In this document: one piece after another, positions 1 through 11,629 of the stretch
Position numbering within the stretch: the stretch's first letter is position 1
Layout: each line of letters begins with the position of its first letter
Source: Nemertoderma westbladi
Taxonomy: Eukaryota > Animalia > Xenacoelomorpha
DNA length: 64,000 nt
NCBI GenBank assembly: GCA_032718475.1
Contig: JAUCBJ010008487.1
Location: forward strand, 38,661-102,660
Direction: 5' to 3'
Notes under the pieces: generated by a model
The model's input: the letters and a program-made list of their open reading frames with translations, nothing else
Databases searched by the model: none
What the model was told of the DNA's origin: nothing
Position numbers and translations under genes: made by a program

Positions 1-1533
1 TTTAGTATATTTCGAGACGTGTATCTTCGCTGTGCGGGATCTCTTATCGAAAGACCATCTATGTTTACATTGTTACCCTATGAAGGAGAACGTATCGTGG
101 AGATTATGGATGAATCACGGCAGACGCGCGCGACTATCGGTCACCTTGGTGATGATTTCGAAGTAACTACTACGATCACTGACGATCCTTTAGAAGAACT
201 TCTTGAGATAGAAAGGAACCTCCCGAAGAAATCTCAGACGGAGATTCGACAACTTGAAGCAACAGATGCTATAGTTTGTATACAACCTTCAGAAACCTAC
301 CAACCCATAGACCCAGATGATTACGATTATAGTATGGGAGGAAGCGCTCGACCGATTGGAGATCTTATATACGAACGAGTGTGGTACCCTGCTAATACGA
401 TGTGTAGTAAATGTGGCGTCGCTGGACATCATATGGCAAAGTGCAGTGGAAAGCACATTACTACGACTCAGCTAATCTGTGGATGGTGTGGGGATCAAGG
501 GTCTCATACCTTTTATACTTGCTGGAGATTTATGGCTCAATGTACTTACTGCAATATAAAGGGGCATCGAGCATCTGAATGCCAACTGTGAGACATACCT
601 TATGAACACGAATCTGTAAAACTCGTGAGGAAGTTATTTGATGAGTGGGAAGATTTGGCCGACGAACATGTATCGGCACAGAGAAGACGGTTTCCGATGA
701 GAGCGCATCTCGGATTTTGGGCGGTAAATCCCCAGACGATGATATCGGAAGGATACATCTCCGCTATGCCTCAATATGACGAACTTATCGAGGTTGTCGA
801 TATTTTGCCCCACGACAGCGGATTCCGAGTGGTGCGCGAGTATCTACTACAGATTCACCCGGATAACAAAAACACGTGGAATTTTCAGAAAGTCGTTAAT
901 CGGATTACGTATGGTGAATTCGATCGTTTCCGAACTGAAAAACGGAACAAGGGAGCTTGGTTAACCGTCGCATGGGCGTACCGAGCCGCGTTTTACCACA
1001 AACGTATACGAGCGAGCGTATTCGAGGAAGAGGAGGTCCTAGAGGCGACAAATATACCAGCCACTCCGGTTGCGCCGTCTGCACGTCACCCTCGGGAGGA
1101 CGGGCAGGGTAGGATCATACGGGTCCAGAAGGTGGGCCAACAATTGAAGAAAATTATTAATGTAGAAGAACGCAAGGGAGTTGAGCCGACTATTCGAGTT
1201 ACTCGGGATACGGTATCACTTCCAAGAGAACCGGTAGGAGGATCGGGACATACACCATCTGATCAACAGGGGGCGCAAGCTACTCTTGGGTCTGCGTCGT
1301 CCGCCTTTCGCGAGTTCCCAGACGTTCTACCAACTGTAGCGACAACTGATCGGTCACGAGGAATTGGTCGAGGTTTTGGGATGCCAAATAGACGAATTTG
1401 CGAGGAAATAGTCGCACCGTCCCTCAACGTCCCAAGTAAACCAGTGACTCGCCCCATTAGTCCCATATCGCGAGCAAAGTCACCTGTGCGCAGTTTTCGA
1501 GGACGCGGCAGGGCTCGATCTACTAAGCGATAA
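1..1533 (+). pseudogene. Accessory ORF of an LTR retrotransposon with three CCHC zinc knuckles and a basic C-terminus; one in-frame TGA at 589-591
   Basis: ORFs 19-591 and 625-1533 share a frame, which is open from base 1 and between 592 and 624. Motifs: CSKCGVAGHHMAKC, CGWCGDQGSHTFYTC, CTYCNIKGHRASEC. It lies directly upstream of a PPT and LTR. Confidence 0.6.
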
Positions 1534-1554
1534 AAGGGAGGGCAAGGGTGGACG

Positions 1555-2290
1555 GAAGACTCGTGGGCCTTTCTTATGATTTGTGATTTATTTTGAATTA
1601 TATGTTTTATATTTAGAAAATTTAGTAAACTTATATTTTATATTTGTGTTTATTTCGAACTTATGCAATTTGTATTGTTCCGAATTTATGAAATTTAGAA
1701 AGTTTATATTTAGAAGGAACTTATATTTGAAAGATTTATGTTTCATATTTGAGATGCAAAGGTTTATATTATTCTAAACTTATGCAGTTTATATTTATAT
1801 TTAAGTAAAGACTTATATTTAGTAAGATTTATATTTAGTAAGAATTTATATTTTATATTTGTAATTATTCCGAACTTATACAATTTATATTATTCCAAAC
1901 TTATGCAATTTGTATTGTTCCGAATATTATGCAATTTATATTTTATAAGTAGTATTTGTACCTAAAATAGAAAGTTTTATAGATAGAAAATTTGTGCTCA
2001 GAAAGACTCATATTTGTAATTATTCCAAGCTTATGCAATCTACATTTAGGTACGAAAGTATTTGTAATTACTTGAATTTATGCAATATTTGGGATGCAAT
2101 AGTAGATGGAAGACTTGCGAGCCTTTCTTATTGTTTTCATTTATTTGTATTTGTAATTGTTTGAATTTATGCAATATCTGAGATGCAATAGATTTATATT
2201 GGTGAATTTAATTTAGATTTATATTGTACTTACTTAGTAAAGCCTTAAATACGTAAAGTTTGAATTTGTAATTATTTTGTATCGAATCAT
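1555..2290 (+). repeat. AT-rich degenerate repeat array (3' UTR of the LTR element)
   Basis: Recurrent TTATGCAATTT(A/G)TATT and CCGAA units; GGAAGACTcgtgggCCTTTCTTAT near 1555 recurs as GGAAGACTtgcgagCCTTTCTTAT near 2108. Confidence 0.55.
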
Positions 2291-2549
2291 TACGTAAAAG
2301 GGAAGTATTGTTTGAAACTTAATTGTAAATATGTAAGTACGCCCTAAGTATTTTATAGTTTGATTGATTATTGGTGAAAACCGTATATTTTATGCACGAT
2401 AATATCCTGTTTTCATGGAGCGGTATAGAATTATATTCCCTAAATGCCGTGGATTTTCAAAATTTTATTTTATTCGAATTAACTTTGTAAAGATTGCTTT
2501 GAGTTCTCATTAGTATTGGTTCTATCTATTATGCATCTATCGGTCAAGT

Positions 2550-2636
2550 GGTTCAGTAGCTCAGTTGGTAGAGCGTTGGAAATTATATGTGTAGTAGGTA
2601 TCGAGTTCGAATCCTAGTAAGTGCGAATTATTTTTT
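2550..2636 (+). ncRNA. tRNA-derived Pol III module (SINE-head-like; not a functional tRNA)
   Basis: A box TAGCTCAGTTGG 2557-2568, D-arm GCTC/GAGC, B box GAGTTCGAATCC 2603-2614, T6 terminator 2631-2636. Acceptor and anticodon stems do not pair. Confidence 0.7.
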
Positions 2637-2693
2637 GTGCAGAATTTAAACTCATTTAAATTAACCGCTACAAATTAATTGCATTTGTCTGTA

Positions 2694-2841
2694 CCAATAA
2701 GGCTGTAGTTATTTGATTGTAACCAATGTCGTGCAAGTTATATATTAGCTGGACCAATAAGCTATCTTTAAAACCTTGTTAGAACCCATAGAACAATCGA
2801 GAATTTTCTCGATTGATTGCAGCACAAATTTAGTATATAAA
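2694..2841 (+). promoter_or_regulatory. LTR Pol II promoter: three CCAAT boxes about 30 bp apart plus a TATA box
   Basis: CCAAT at 2694, 2723 and 2754; TATATAAAGG from 2834. Confidence 0.55.
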
Positions 2842-4299
2842 GGTGCGATTTCGTTCATTAGTTCACTTACACTACTACTCAATCACATTCAATCTTATAT
2901 CTCAATCTTTCTCAGATTATCTTATCAATATTCTGTCGTGCTTAGTTTATTCTCAGATTACATTGTATTATAATTCTGTCTTCTGTAATAAAGTCAGAAT
3001 ATTCTCTCAGCTTTTCTGTTTTACTATGAATTCACTACGGTGAACAAACTCAGGGACAGGATGGCCGGCTAGAGATCGGGCCGCAGCAATGAACGGGAAC
3101 ATCACGGGAATGTAGACGAGAGACAACCCGCAATACCATTTAAAGTTATTCGCCCATCGCCTGAAAGGTTAGACAGCGTTCGATCCTTGCTACCTAAGTA
3201 TAAGACCAAAAGATCAAAAGGTAGACGTAGTGACACGCTGCAAGCCTAAAATTACATCATATGGACTGTACTGTCTTGATTCAGGAAAACCCACAGTAGA
3301 CCTTCACATTCCTACGGGGGGAGGGAGAGAGAGCAGATACTAGTACGCAGATAGGACGTAGGCACACCGGTACAAGGCATACACATTGGTTAGGGTGCAG
3401 CAAACTGTACGCTTAACTCTTGCTAAGTACAGGTGTGTGTGCGACTATTTGCCGTACAACAGTGTCCATTACATCAGAACTTGTAGGCTAGGGGGTTGCT
3501 GTGTTTTCACCTGAATTGGGATTGTACCGTTCAGGCGGTAGGGCAGTTTACGCTAGGCGCAAATAAATTGAGGCTATCAGGGATATACTAACATCTACCG
3601 TGTCCCCGCCAACGCCCTAATAGGAAGTTACCCGGACTACCTGGGTGACTAAAATTCTAGATAGGAGCCAGGATAGCTATTAGTACCTGTACGCCTACAG
3701 TAGTAAACTAACACATCTCTTCTTAGTATCAGGGACCTGGTACCTAAAATTGCCGAATTCTGGGCGTAGTATTAACCTTATGCCTGAATTTGAGTCCTGG
3801 AAATACGCAAGAGGGGAAGGAACCTTATCATTCGTGAGTATTGGACCTACAAGTTACAAAATTAGAATATTCGTAAAATGCACACCGTACCCAGTAATTA
3901 TATATGTGAAGGAGCAAAACTGTTTTGACCATTCAGAATTAACACACGCGCGTTAGAAATTATTTACACCTCGAAATATATAAAATTAACTTTGTCCGTA
4001 CTGTGCTTTGCCCGCTAGTTAGACATCTCCAAATATCTGCTCTGTACCTAGCTAGCGTCCCTTCGCCCAACCATATAAATCACACCGCGGCAAAGTATAT
4101 GAGCCCCTTAGTCCGTCAGTGAGTCAGCCTGATTTTAGGATTCGCTGCGCGGGATTTGTTTTATCGAAGTTTGTCTGCTCGTAGACTGTTTTCTGCCTCA
4201 CCGGTTATAAGAGATCGATACTGCAATATATTCGCTTACTTAGAGTTTACTGTTTTGGTGAGAAGGTCGGATTTATGATTTGATTTACAAACTTTACAG

Positions 4300-5482
4300 T
4301 AGGATATTGCAGGTATTGTTACCGTCTCTTCCATTAGTAGGAATAGGCATATCTCTTCAATTAAACGGCCTCTGATAAACAGAGGCTGTTTACGACCACG
4401 GCGAAGCCGTTTACCAACAAGGTTTCTTCAACGTAGATGCCTACAGGCTTGACTAAGGGACATAGAGCAGAATCGAGGAGTAAGTCACAACCACGACAAA
4501 TGTCATCTTCGGGAAGAAATGCTAATGAAATTAGCATTCATACACCTAGCCAGACAGCGCCACCTTCAGAATATTTCTCCTTTAAACCCAAGTTACATGC
4601 TCTTTTGTACACGTTCTTTGCGTAGTGGAAATAACAAAAAGAAACCTCAGTAGAAGGGAAATATGTATCAATGCTGTTGCGGACTGCAGCTTCAAAGTCA
4701 ATAGTAATTGACAAAGGCGGATCTCCAGTTATTTGTTCGGCTAGGAAACTGAACAGATAGCCATATGCAACTTGGGATTTACCAGGTAAAACAGCATAGA
4801 CACAAGGGAGAGCCCTGTCACCACATCCCGCTTGTATCGTATACACTTGGTAAAACATTTCTGGTGCGATCTTGAAGGTACCATCGCCAAACCAATGATC
4901 ACTGGATTTAAGCAAATCAAGGCCTGCATCAGAACCATAGATCAATACGCGTGCATCTGTGTCATCATTAACACAATTAATTAAGACACTATCATATCTT
5001 AGAAAAGGGGAACCATCGGAAGCAATCTGATAACGCTCAGCAATATCAAAGTCGGAAGTCGTGGGAGCGGGCTCGTGGTTTCCATTACCAGCTTTCAAAC
5101 GGCGAATGTTCCTTTTCAAATTATCGACTGATGGGAGAAACGGAGCAGCAGCTTCGTTCGAGACTGACGCTACAGCTGAAGATATAATTTGATGGGTTGA
5201 CATCCCCTTTGAAGACATGCTACTTTCCCGTATGGCACTCTTAATAGCATGGGCTGCGGCCAGGCCAAGATCAGGTGGACCACATTTGTGGGTTCCAACG
5301 TACCCCTTAACCTCCCTAATGATGGATTCATGTACTCTAACAGTGGCATTGCATGGTCGCTTGATGCAGATAAATCGTGATAAACAACCCGCCAAAGGTT
5401 TATGAAACCGATAGCTATAGCCATCAACGACTAAAAGGGGTTTAGACTTTTCAGTGGACAACCACTGTAACTGTTGCGACAT
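4300..5482 (-). pseudogene. Mutator (MULE) transposase with N-terminal FLYWCH domain, 3'-degenerate
   Basis: ORF 4538-5482: KPLLVVDGYSYRFHK...CIKRPC...H (FLYWCH), WFGDGTFK, QVYTIQ, ITIDFEAA, CYFHY; frameshifted continuation LAFLP below 4538. Confidence 0.85.
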
Positions 5483-6147
5483 TATTGCGTGTAAAAATAC
5501 TCAAAATCGTGTCCAACAGTAATAAATAAACGGGAATTCTGTTTAAAGATAGCGTGTTGTAAATAATGAAATAAAAAGAAACCAGTAATTTGTAAAAATT
5601 GGAAAATTCTGGAAAATAACAAATATTCAAATGGAATAGTTTTCAGAATATATTGCTATAACAACTACAATACAACTGCTGCATTAATTTATTAGAAACC
5701 GCACTATTAGAACAATTGTCTTAACCTTATTATCCTAGATAATAGCTGGAACTCATTCAGGGACACTTTGCTGAATTTAGATTAAAAAAACTGTACAGCC
5801 ACACGATGTTCTGTTCAGCTTAAACTTTATAATATCATCAATATTTTTGCTAATTAATATATTACAACAGTTTAGCCTAATTCTGAAATATAAATGTTTT
5901 CACAAATTTTTTTATAGTTTCAAGAAAATGCTAGCTAGTAAAAAAAACCACTAACTACACCTTAATAAATAATAATAATAATACTATTCTTGAACACTTT
6001 CCAAAAACAAAAATAAACAAAACACAGTATTTTTAAATTTAAAAAAATTCTAGCTAGTAAAAAACACTAGCTACAATAAAAAAACATATCTACCAATTTT
6101 CTATAACATTCACCATTATCAAAAAAAGCACTAAAAAGTTTCTATCA

Positions 6148-6369
6148 GTAACCGGACAATTCAGTCCCGGACAATTCGGTCCCAGACAATTCGGTCCCGG
6201 ACAATTCGGTCCCGGACAATTCGGTCCCGGACAATTCGGTCCCGGACAATTCGGTCCCGGACAATTCGGTCCCAAAACGCAAACTTAATGGGACCGAATT
6301 GTCCGGGACCGAATTGTCCGGGACCGAATTGTCCGGACCGAATTGTCCGGGACCGAATTGTCCTGCTTC
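6148..6369. repeat. Dyad array of 15-bp units (GGACAATTCGGTCCC x8, then inverted x5); likely MULE terminus or MITE
   Basis: Direct repeats 6154-6273 and inverted repeats 6290-6363; outer ends GTAACCGGACAATT and (reverse complement) GAAGCAGGACAATT; about 0.7 kb upstream of the MULE ORF. Confidence 0.75.
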
Positions 6370-6385
6370 CAGCCCAAATGACATG

Positions 6386-7745
6386 CTAAAATAAGTTATT
6401 ATCAGAAATACTGTATCGTCCAGTTAGTTTAGCTACGGTTTCTTTGAATTTTCCTTCGCAATATTGCCCATCTGTATCTGTTCCAGAATAATAATGCAAG
6501 TCATCTTGCGACATTAACAGCTTCACCTTGAGTTGTTCTACAAGAAGATTTGCTAGTTCTGGCAAATTACAGTTACAGCTATCAGTAGAAGCTATTTGTG
6601 TTTCATCGTCCTCCTCAACTCGAACATTAAACCAGGCCATCTCATCCTTATCACTCAAGCACAAAGTTTGTTCCTGATAATCTTTGTGATACACAAGTGG
6701 TGCGCCAACTGCAAATGCCAATCGCTTTCCTAAGTTAAAAAACTTTATTAATAAAGCTTGATTAGTTCATCTATTTGTGGTAGCTTTATCCACACAAGCA
6801 ATGAAATTACTTCTCATTCCAGTAGATGCCAAAGGTGCATGCAACAATGTAATTGTCTCTTCATTGATCCAGTCTACTGCGGCACTCATAATTTTTGGCA
6901 TCTGTTTACGACCATGGCCAATGTCCCCCAAATCCAAACCATTAATGTGTAAAAGAGATATCAGTGATTCAAAATGAATATTCGCTGCCTTAGTTTTAAT
7001 AATAGTTATCATTGTACGTACTAAACGCTTCCTTATTTCAAATGACCTTGACTCTCTAAAACGCTTCTCTTCGCAATATTTCATTGCTCTGGTGTGGTTT
7101 TGTCCATGATTAGCAGCTGAGTTCCCTAACAAGTGCGACGTTAACTTAACCTTCAAACTTCGAAAATACTGAGTATTCAACGTATTGTCCCCATTGAAAC
7201 CCTGGACTACCTTATCTGTATTATTTTTGCCTAGCCAAATCCCGGTATCCGGAGCCCCCGGACCTACAGGGCAGAAATACTTTGCTGATGCCACAGGAGA
7301 CATGTCTCTCCGAGGCAGTTTTGTTGGAAGATTATCCCAGCAAACGACGGAACAACGAATGACACATTCAGACCTATCCTCATCCATAGAAAAATTAAGA
7401 CATGTCTCACTACAAATACGAGAAATATTTTCAAGCTTCTGCCACTTAGCAATATCTCTAACAACCTCAGGAATCCCAGAAGCTGCATATAAGTTGCACT
7501 GACTTTCCTCCTCTACTGTGGTGAGGTTCGGCCACATGTTTTTGATTTCACCGACAACAAGCGGGCATATTTTTTAATGCTCTGCAGAGTTTCGAAATGT
7601 TATCACTCGCAGTCCCAGTCACAGCTGTTAGTGTTGGATCAGTTTCTAAATGTGGTATGTCAAACTAGGTCTGTGACAAAGCAGTAGCCATGATTGTTTT
7701 TTTAACGTTATCAATAATGTTAATATCATTGTCATACTGATCTGA
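6386..7745 (-). pseudogene. hAT-like transposase, central part
   Basis: GLDLGDIGHGRK, VDKATTNR*TNQ and DTDGQY resemble hAT/KIAA1586-like transposase motifs; stops and frameshifts present; joins in frame to 15032-15691 once the insertion is removed. Confidence 0.6.
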
Positions 7746-7849
7746 TTAGTTTGTTGTTGGCGTCCTTTGAGTTGGTGTGTGCTCCATTGTTGTTAGTCTT
7801 CATCCCTGGGGTGTTGGTGCTCCCGTTTTGGTCATTGGTTATCGTTCCT

Positions 7850-8770
7850 GAGTAGTTGGTGTTCACTTCCGGGTTGTTTCCTGCCCCTGTGTTGTTGGCG
7901 TTTGTCCATGGGTTGGTGTTCGCCCCTGGGTTGTTGTTCGCCCGTGGGTTGGTGTTTTCCCCTGGGTAGTTGGCGTTTTTTCTTGGGTTCGTGTTCGCTC
8001 CTTGTTTCCCATTTGCCCATGGGTTGGCGTTCCCTGGGTGGTTGGCGTTCCCCTCTTGTTTGGTGTTCGCACCTGGGTGGTTCGTGTTTGCCCCTGGGTT
8101 GTTGTTGTTCACCCCTGGGTGGTTGGCGTTCCCCCCTGGTTTGGTGTTCGCCCCTGTGTGGTTGGTGTTTGCCCTTGGGTTGTTGGTGTTCGTCGGTGGG
8201 TTGGTGTTCGCCTCTGGGTTGTTAGTGTTCACCCCTGGGTGGTTGGCGTTCCCCCCTGGTTTGATGTTCGTTCCTGGGTGGTTGGTGTTCGCCCCTGAGT
8301 TGTTGGCGTTCGCCCATTGGTTGGTGTTTGTCAATAGGTTCTGGGTGTTCACCCCTGGGTGGTGGGTGTTCTCCCCTGGGTGGTTTGTGTTCGCCCACGG
8401 TTTTGTGTTCGTTCCTGAGTTGTTGGTGTTCTCCACTGGGTGGTTGGTGTTCACGCGTTGATGGGTGTTTGCCCCTGGATTGTTGTTCGCCCCTGGGTTG
8501 TTGGTGTTCACCACTGGGTGGTTGTCGTTAGCCCTTAGGTTGGTGATCTCCCCTGAGTGGTTGGTGTTCTCCCCTGGGTGGTTGGAGTTCGCCCCTGGGT
8601 TGGTGTTCGTCCCTGGGTTGCTGGTGTTCGCCTCTGACTGGTTGGTGTTCGCCCCTGTGTGTTTGGTGTTCGCCCCTGGGTTGGTGTTTTTCCTTGGGTT
8701 GTTGGTGTTCGCCCCTGGGTGGTTGGTGTTCACCACTGGGTGGTTAGTGTTCGCCCATGGGTTGGTGTTC
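7850..8770 (-). repeat. 18/21-bp coding minisatellite (GANTNHP/NTNPGAN peptide repeats), inverted relative to the PLE body
   Basis: GGTTGGTGTTCGCCCCTGGGT-type units; open 361-aa frame on the minus strand. Confidence 0.85.
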
Positions 8771-9435
8771 GACAACGAAACACTAACAACTACATTATAC
8801 AAAAAACCAACTAGCAATAAACTCCCGATTCACTACAATAGCTTCCATGATAAGAAATTACTACTATCCGTAATTCGTAGCCAACTCCTATGCATCCACC
8901 GCAGATGTAGCGAGTCTAATGACTATACCAAACTCAGAGACGAATTCCTTGGCGAATGTCTATTCAGGCAGTACCCCCAGAACCTCCTTAACAAACTTAG
9001 ACATTGGACTCCCCAAACTAGACCTAAAGACACTAACTCGAAACCCACATTTTACCTATCCACTAACCAAAAGATGAAGGGCATGTTCCAAAATACTGTA
9101 CGTAGATACTCCAAAAACTACGATCTTGACATCAACATTAATGTAGTCACGAAGAACCCCACATCACTAGGACAAATACCAACCAAAAATAAAACTCAAT
9201 CGCAAACACACACAAATAACACCATAAAAGGACACGACACTACCCCTCACGAGCCAATGACGGAAAAACACACGAAGACATACTCCTAGCTAGGCACATA
9301 TACGGTTGTGGTTTAGAAAATCTACGCACCGCAACCATAAAATAATTCACAAACATACCCGAACTACTAGCGACGGAAGCTAACCTAATCTATACATACA
9401 ACCCCCCACTTAACGTAGCAAGACCAGCAATCTAA
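8771..9435 (+). pseudogene. Penelope-like RT thumb, linker and partial GIY-YIG endonuclease
   Basis: TTLYKKPT...HYNSFH...IRSQL...RRCS...RQYP (PLE thumb). In another frame: LLARHIYGCG...ELLATEANLIYTYNPPLN (GIY-YIG C-terminal E...P-L-N motif). Confidence 0.75.
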
Positions 9436-10600
9436 ACCCAACGTTTTTATATAATACACCCTATATTCTATATCTTACACAACTACAGTGCCCTCTATAG
9501 CGAATTTCCGGGGTTTTTATGTGCTTTTCCACTACCTTCCTTTTTGTTTTTGTCTTGGTTTTTCTGTTTCTTGTGATTTCTTACTCTGTAAAAATTACAG
9601 CTATCATTATGTTGCATTCTACCTAACCATGCGCTTTAAGTAGATACCTCATAATCCTATGTAACCTACCTACCCTGCTAACCAGACACGCTACACGCTA
9701 TTATACCAAACGTTTGTTAATATGCTTGAATCATGTTGACATGTTTTTTTTCTAAACTTGTTTTAATCAACATGTTATTTTAACATCTAAATAACATAAT
9801 ATCCAATCATGTTATAATCAAACATTTGTTGATCACGTTTTTATGATACCTAAATGTAACATGTTTTATCATGTAATTATTTAACATTTGTTTTACACGT
9901 TATTGTGTAACATAAATCATACATGTTTATTCCAGCTGTTTGTTAAATGCTACTTTGTCGTGTTGAACAAACGTCCTGCACATCATTGCCAATATGTCTT
10001 AAGGCTGTTTGAATAAACCGCCTAAAATTTACCGCCAAATTCGTTTATAGGCCTATAAATCATGCAGCAGTGCATGCAGTACTGCAGTACATCAGTCAGT
10101 CAGTAGACACTCCACTGCCTGCCCCAGCCTACCAGCACCCACTCAGCCACATTCTGAGAGCTTGACAGTAGTGCTGCAGGTAGGCAGTGTGTAGGCCAGC
10201 TGTTTACTGGTTTAAGTGCTGCAATAGGGTTGACCATACTCTGATACTGCCATATGTTTGTTTACTGCCGTATGCCTATCACCTATATTAACTGTTTAAG
10301 TTATTTTTAATTAAGCTTCATACTGCCTGACTGTCATATAAACTGATAAATCTTTTTATATTATACATTATATGTTATATAGGCCTACATAACATATATA
10401 ATACATGTTATATAGGCCTACATAACATATATAATACATAATACTGTAATATATGTCATATACATTATATATTATTTATGTACATTATATAGGCCTAGCA
10501 GCCTAGCCTAATTGTATTGTAATACCAGAATACAGTAATATGTCTGTATGTAATGCAGTCAGGCAGTGCAGTGCCAGTAATTCGATGACGACGACAGTTT

Positions 10601-10818
10601 AGATTGGGCTCTGTCTTCCTGGCGCTGGTTGGTCGAAACAACAGGCAAGCGGCAAGGGCTGCACTGGCAGACTGGCTGACTGGAAAAATATTATGGCCTC
10701 CTCGAAATGCCGGCCTACTACCGGTACAGCGGTACGTTGGAAAGAATTTTCGAATCCAGATCTTCTGTCAACTGTCAAGTTGGCCCACATTTAATGCGAA
10801 GGTTCTTCACTTAACAGG
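10601..10818 (+). pseudogene. Remnant exon of an EnSpm accessory ORF (N-terminus of a DUF4806-associated protein)
   Basis: DWLTGKILWPP...SWPTFNAKVLH resembles SGWPQFRARLL at 41.8 kb; ends at a GT donor (ACAG/GTTTGT); further splice-bounded segment at 11316-11416. Confidence 0.45.
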
Positions 10819-11629
10819 TTTGTATTGAACTTGAATAGGCTTCTTACACATCGTTATTTCAGTGATTCAAGTGATTAAAATCCTAATCCTGTAATCTATT
10901 TGGATCAAATAGAGGGAAAAAGCGCCGGCGGTCGGAAGTAAATTACACATGCCAGCATGCGGTCCCAGGCAGCCAGCTAAAGATACGCATCAGATTCTGG
11001 CGATGAGGTTATTATTTTACTTACTACTACTGTACTAGGCCTTGCTGTTAGGTTAGGCCAACTTGGTACTTTGGGCCGTTTATAAATCGTCAGATCGTGC
11101 ATATGCTTAAACTGTAATTTAAAATAAAACATGCCTTACTCTGGCTATCTATGGTAGGTTAGTAAATGTTTGCTTTATTTTTTACTCATTTCCTCTTTAT
11201 AAACCAGTCCCCAGTGCAGTGGTAATGTGAAACAGTCTGTGATGGGTTGTGGTGACTTGTGCACGTTGATCTAATTGCTCCAATGCTATATGTATATATA
11301 TTATTATCATTTTAGGTGGAATATATGAGCGACAATGAATCCAATCATGTTTCCAATACGATACTCACACTGATTACCCAGACAACTAACAATACGTTGA
11401 TCATTGATACTCAGAGGTGAGTTGTGATACCGCCTCTCCCTCTATCTACAACCTAACCCTATTCTAAGACAACACTAAACTCTAGACTTACCTAACCAAA
11501 CCCTTTCACCAAGCTACCACTATAAATCCCATGGCGATATTTTCTCGAAATATTTTCCAGTCTCGATGTTTTATATATCGAGACGCTTTTTTATACTTTT
11601 GGAAGCAGAGACAGAAGTTGGGCGAGACA

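Larger units (their letters stand above)
2309..3046 (+). mobile_element. 3' LTR of an LTR retrotransposon (probably BEL/Pao)
   Basis: Purine tract AAAAGGGAAGTA just upstream; TGTT...AACA termini; CCAAT at 2694, 2723 and 2754; TATATAAA at 2834; AATAAA at 2987. The partner LTR is not in the window. Confidence 0.6.

Noticed and set aside
3047-4298. Additional LTR or element (TATA-like site near 4096, ending TTTACA)
   Set aside because: No partner LTR, PBS, TSD or coding motif found; left unannotated.
8771-9435. Endonuclease-less (Athena-like) PLE
   Set aside because: A GIY-YIG C-terminal remnant (EANLIYTYNPPLN) survives in another frame, so the loss is a local deletion.
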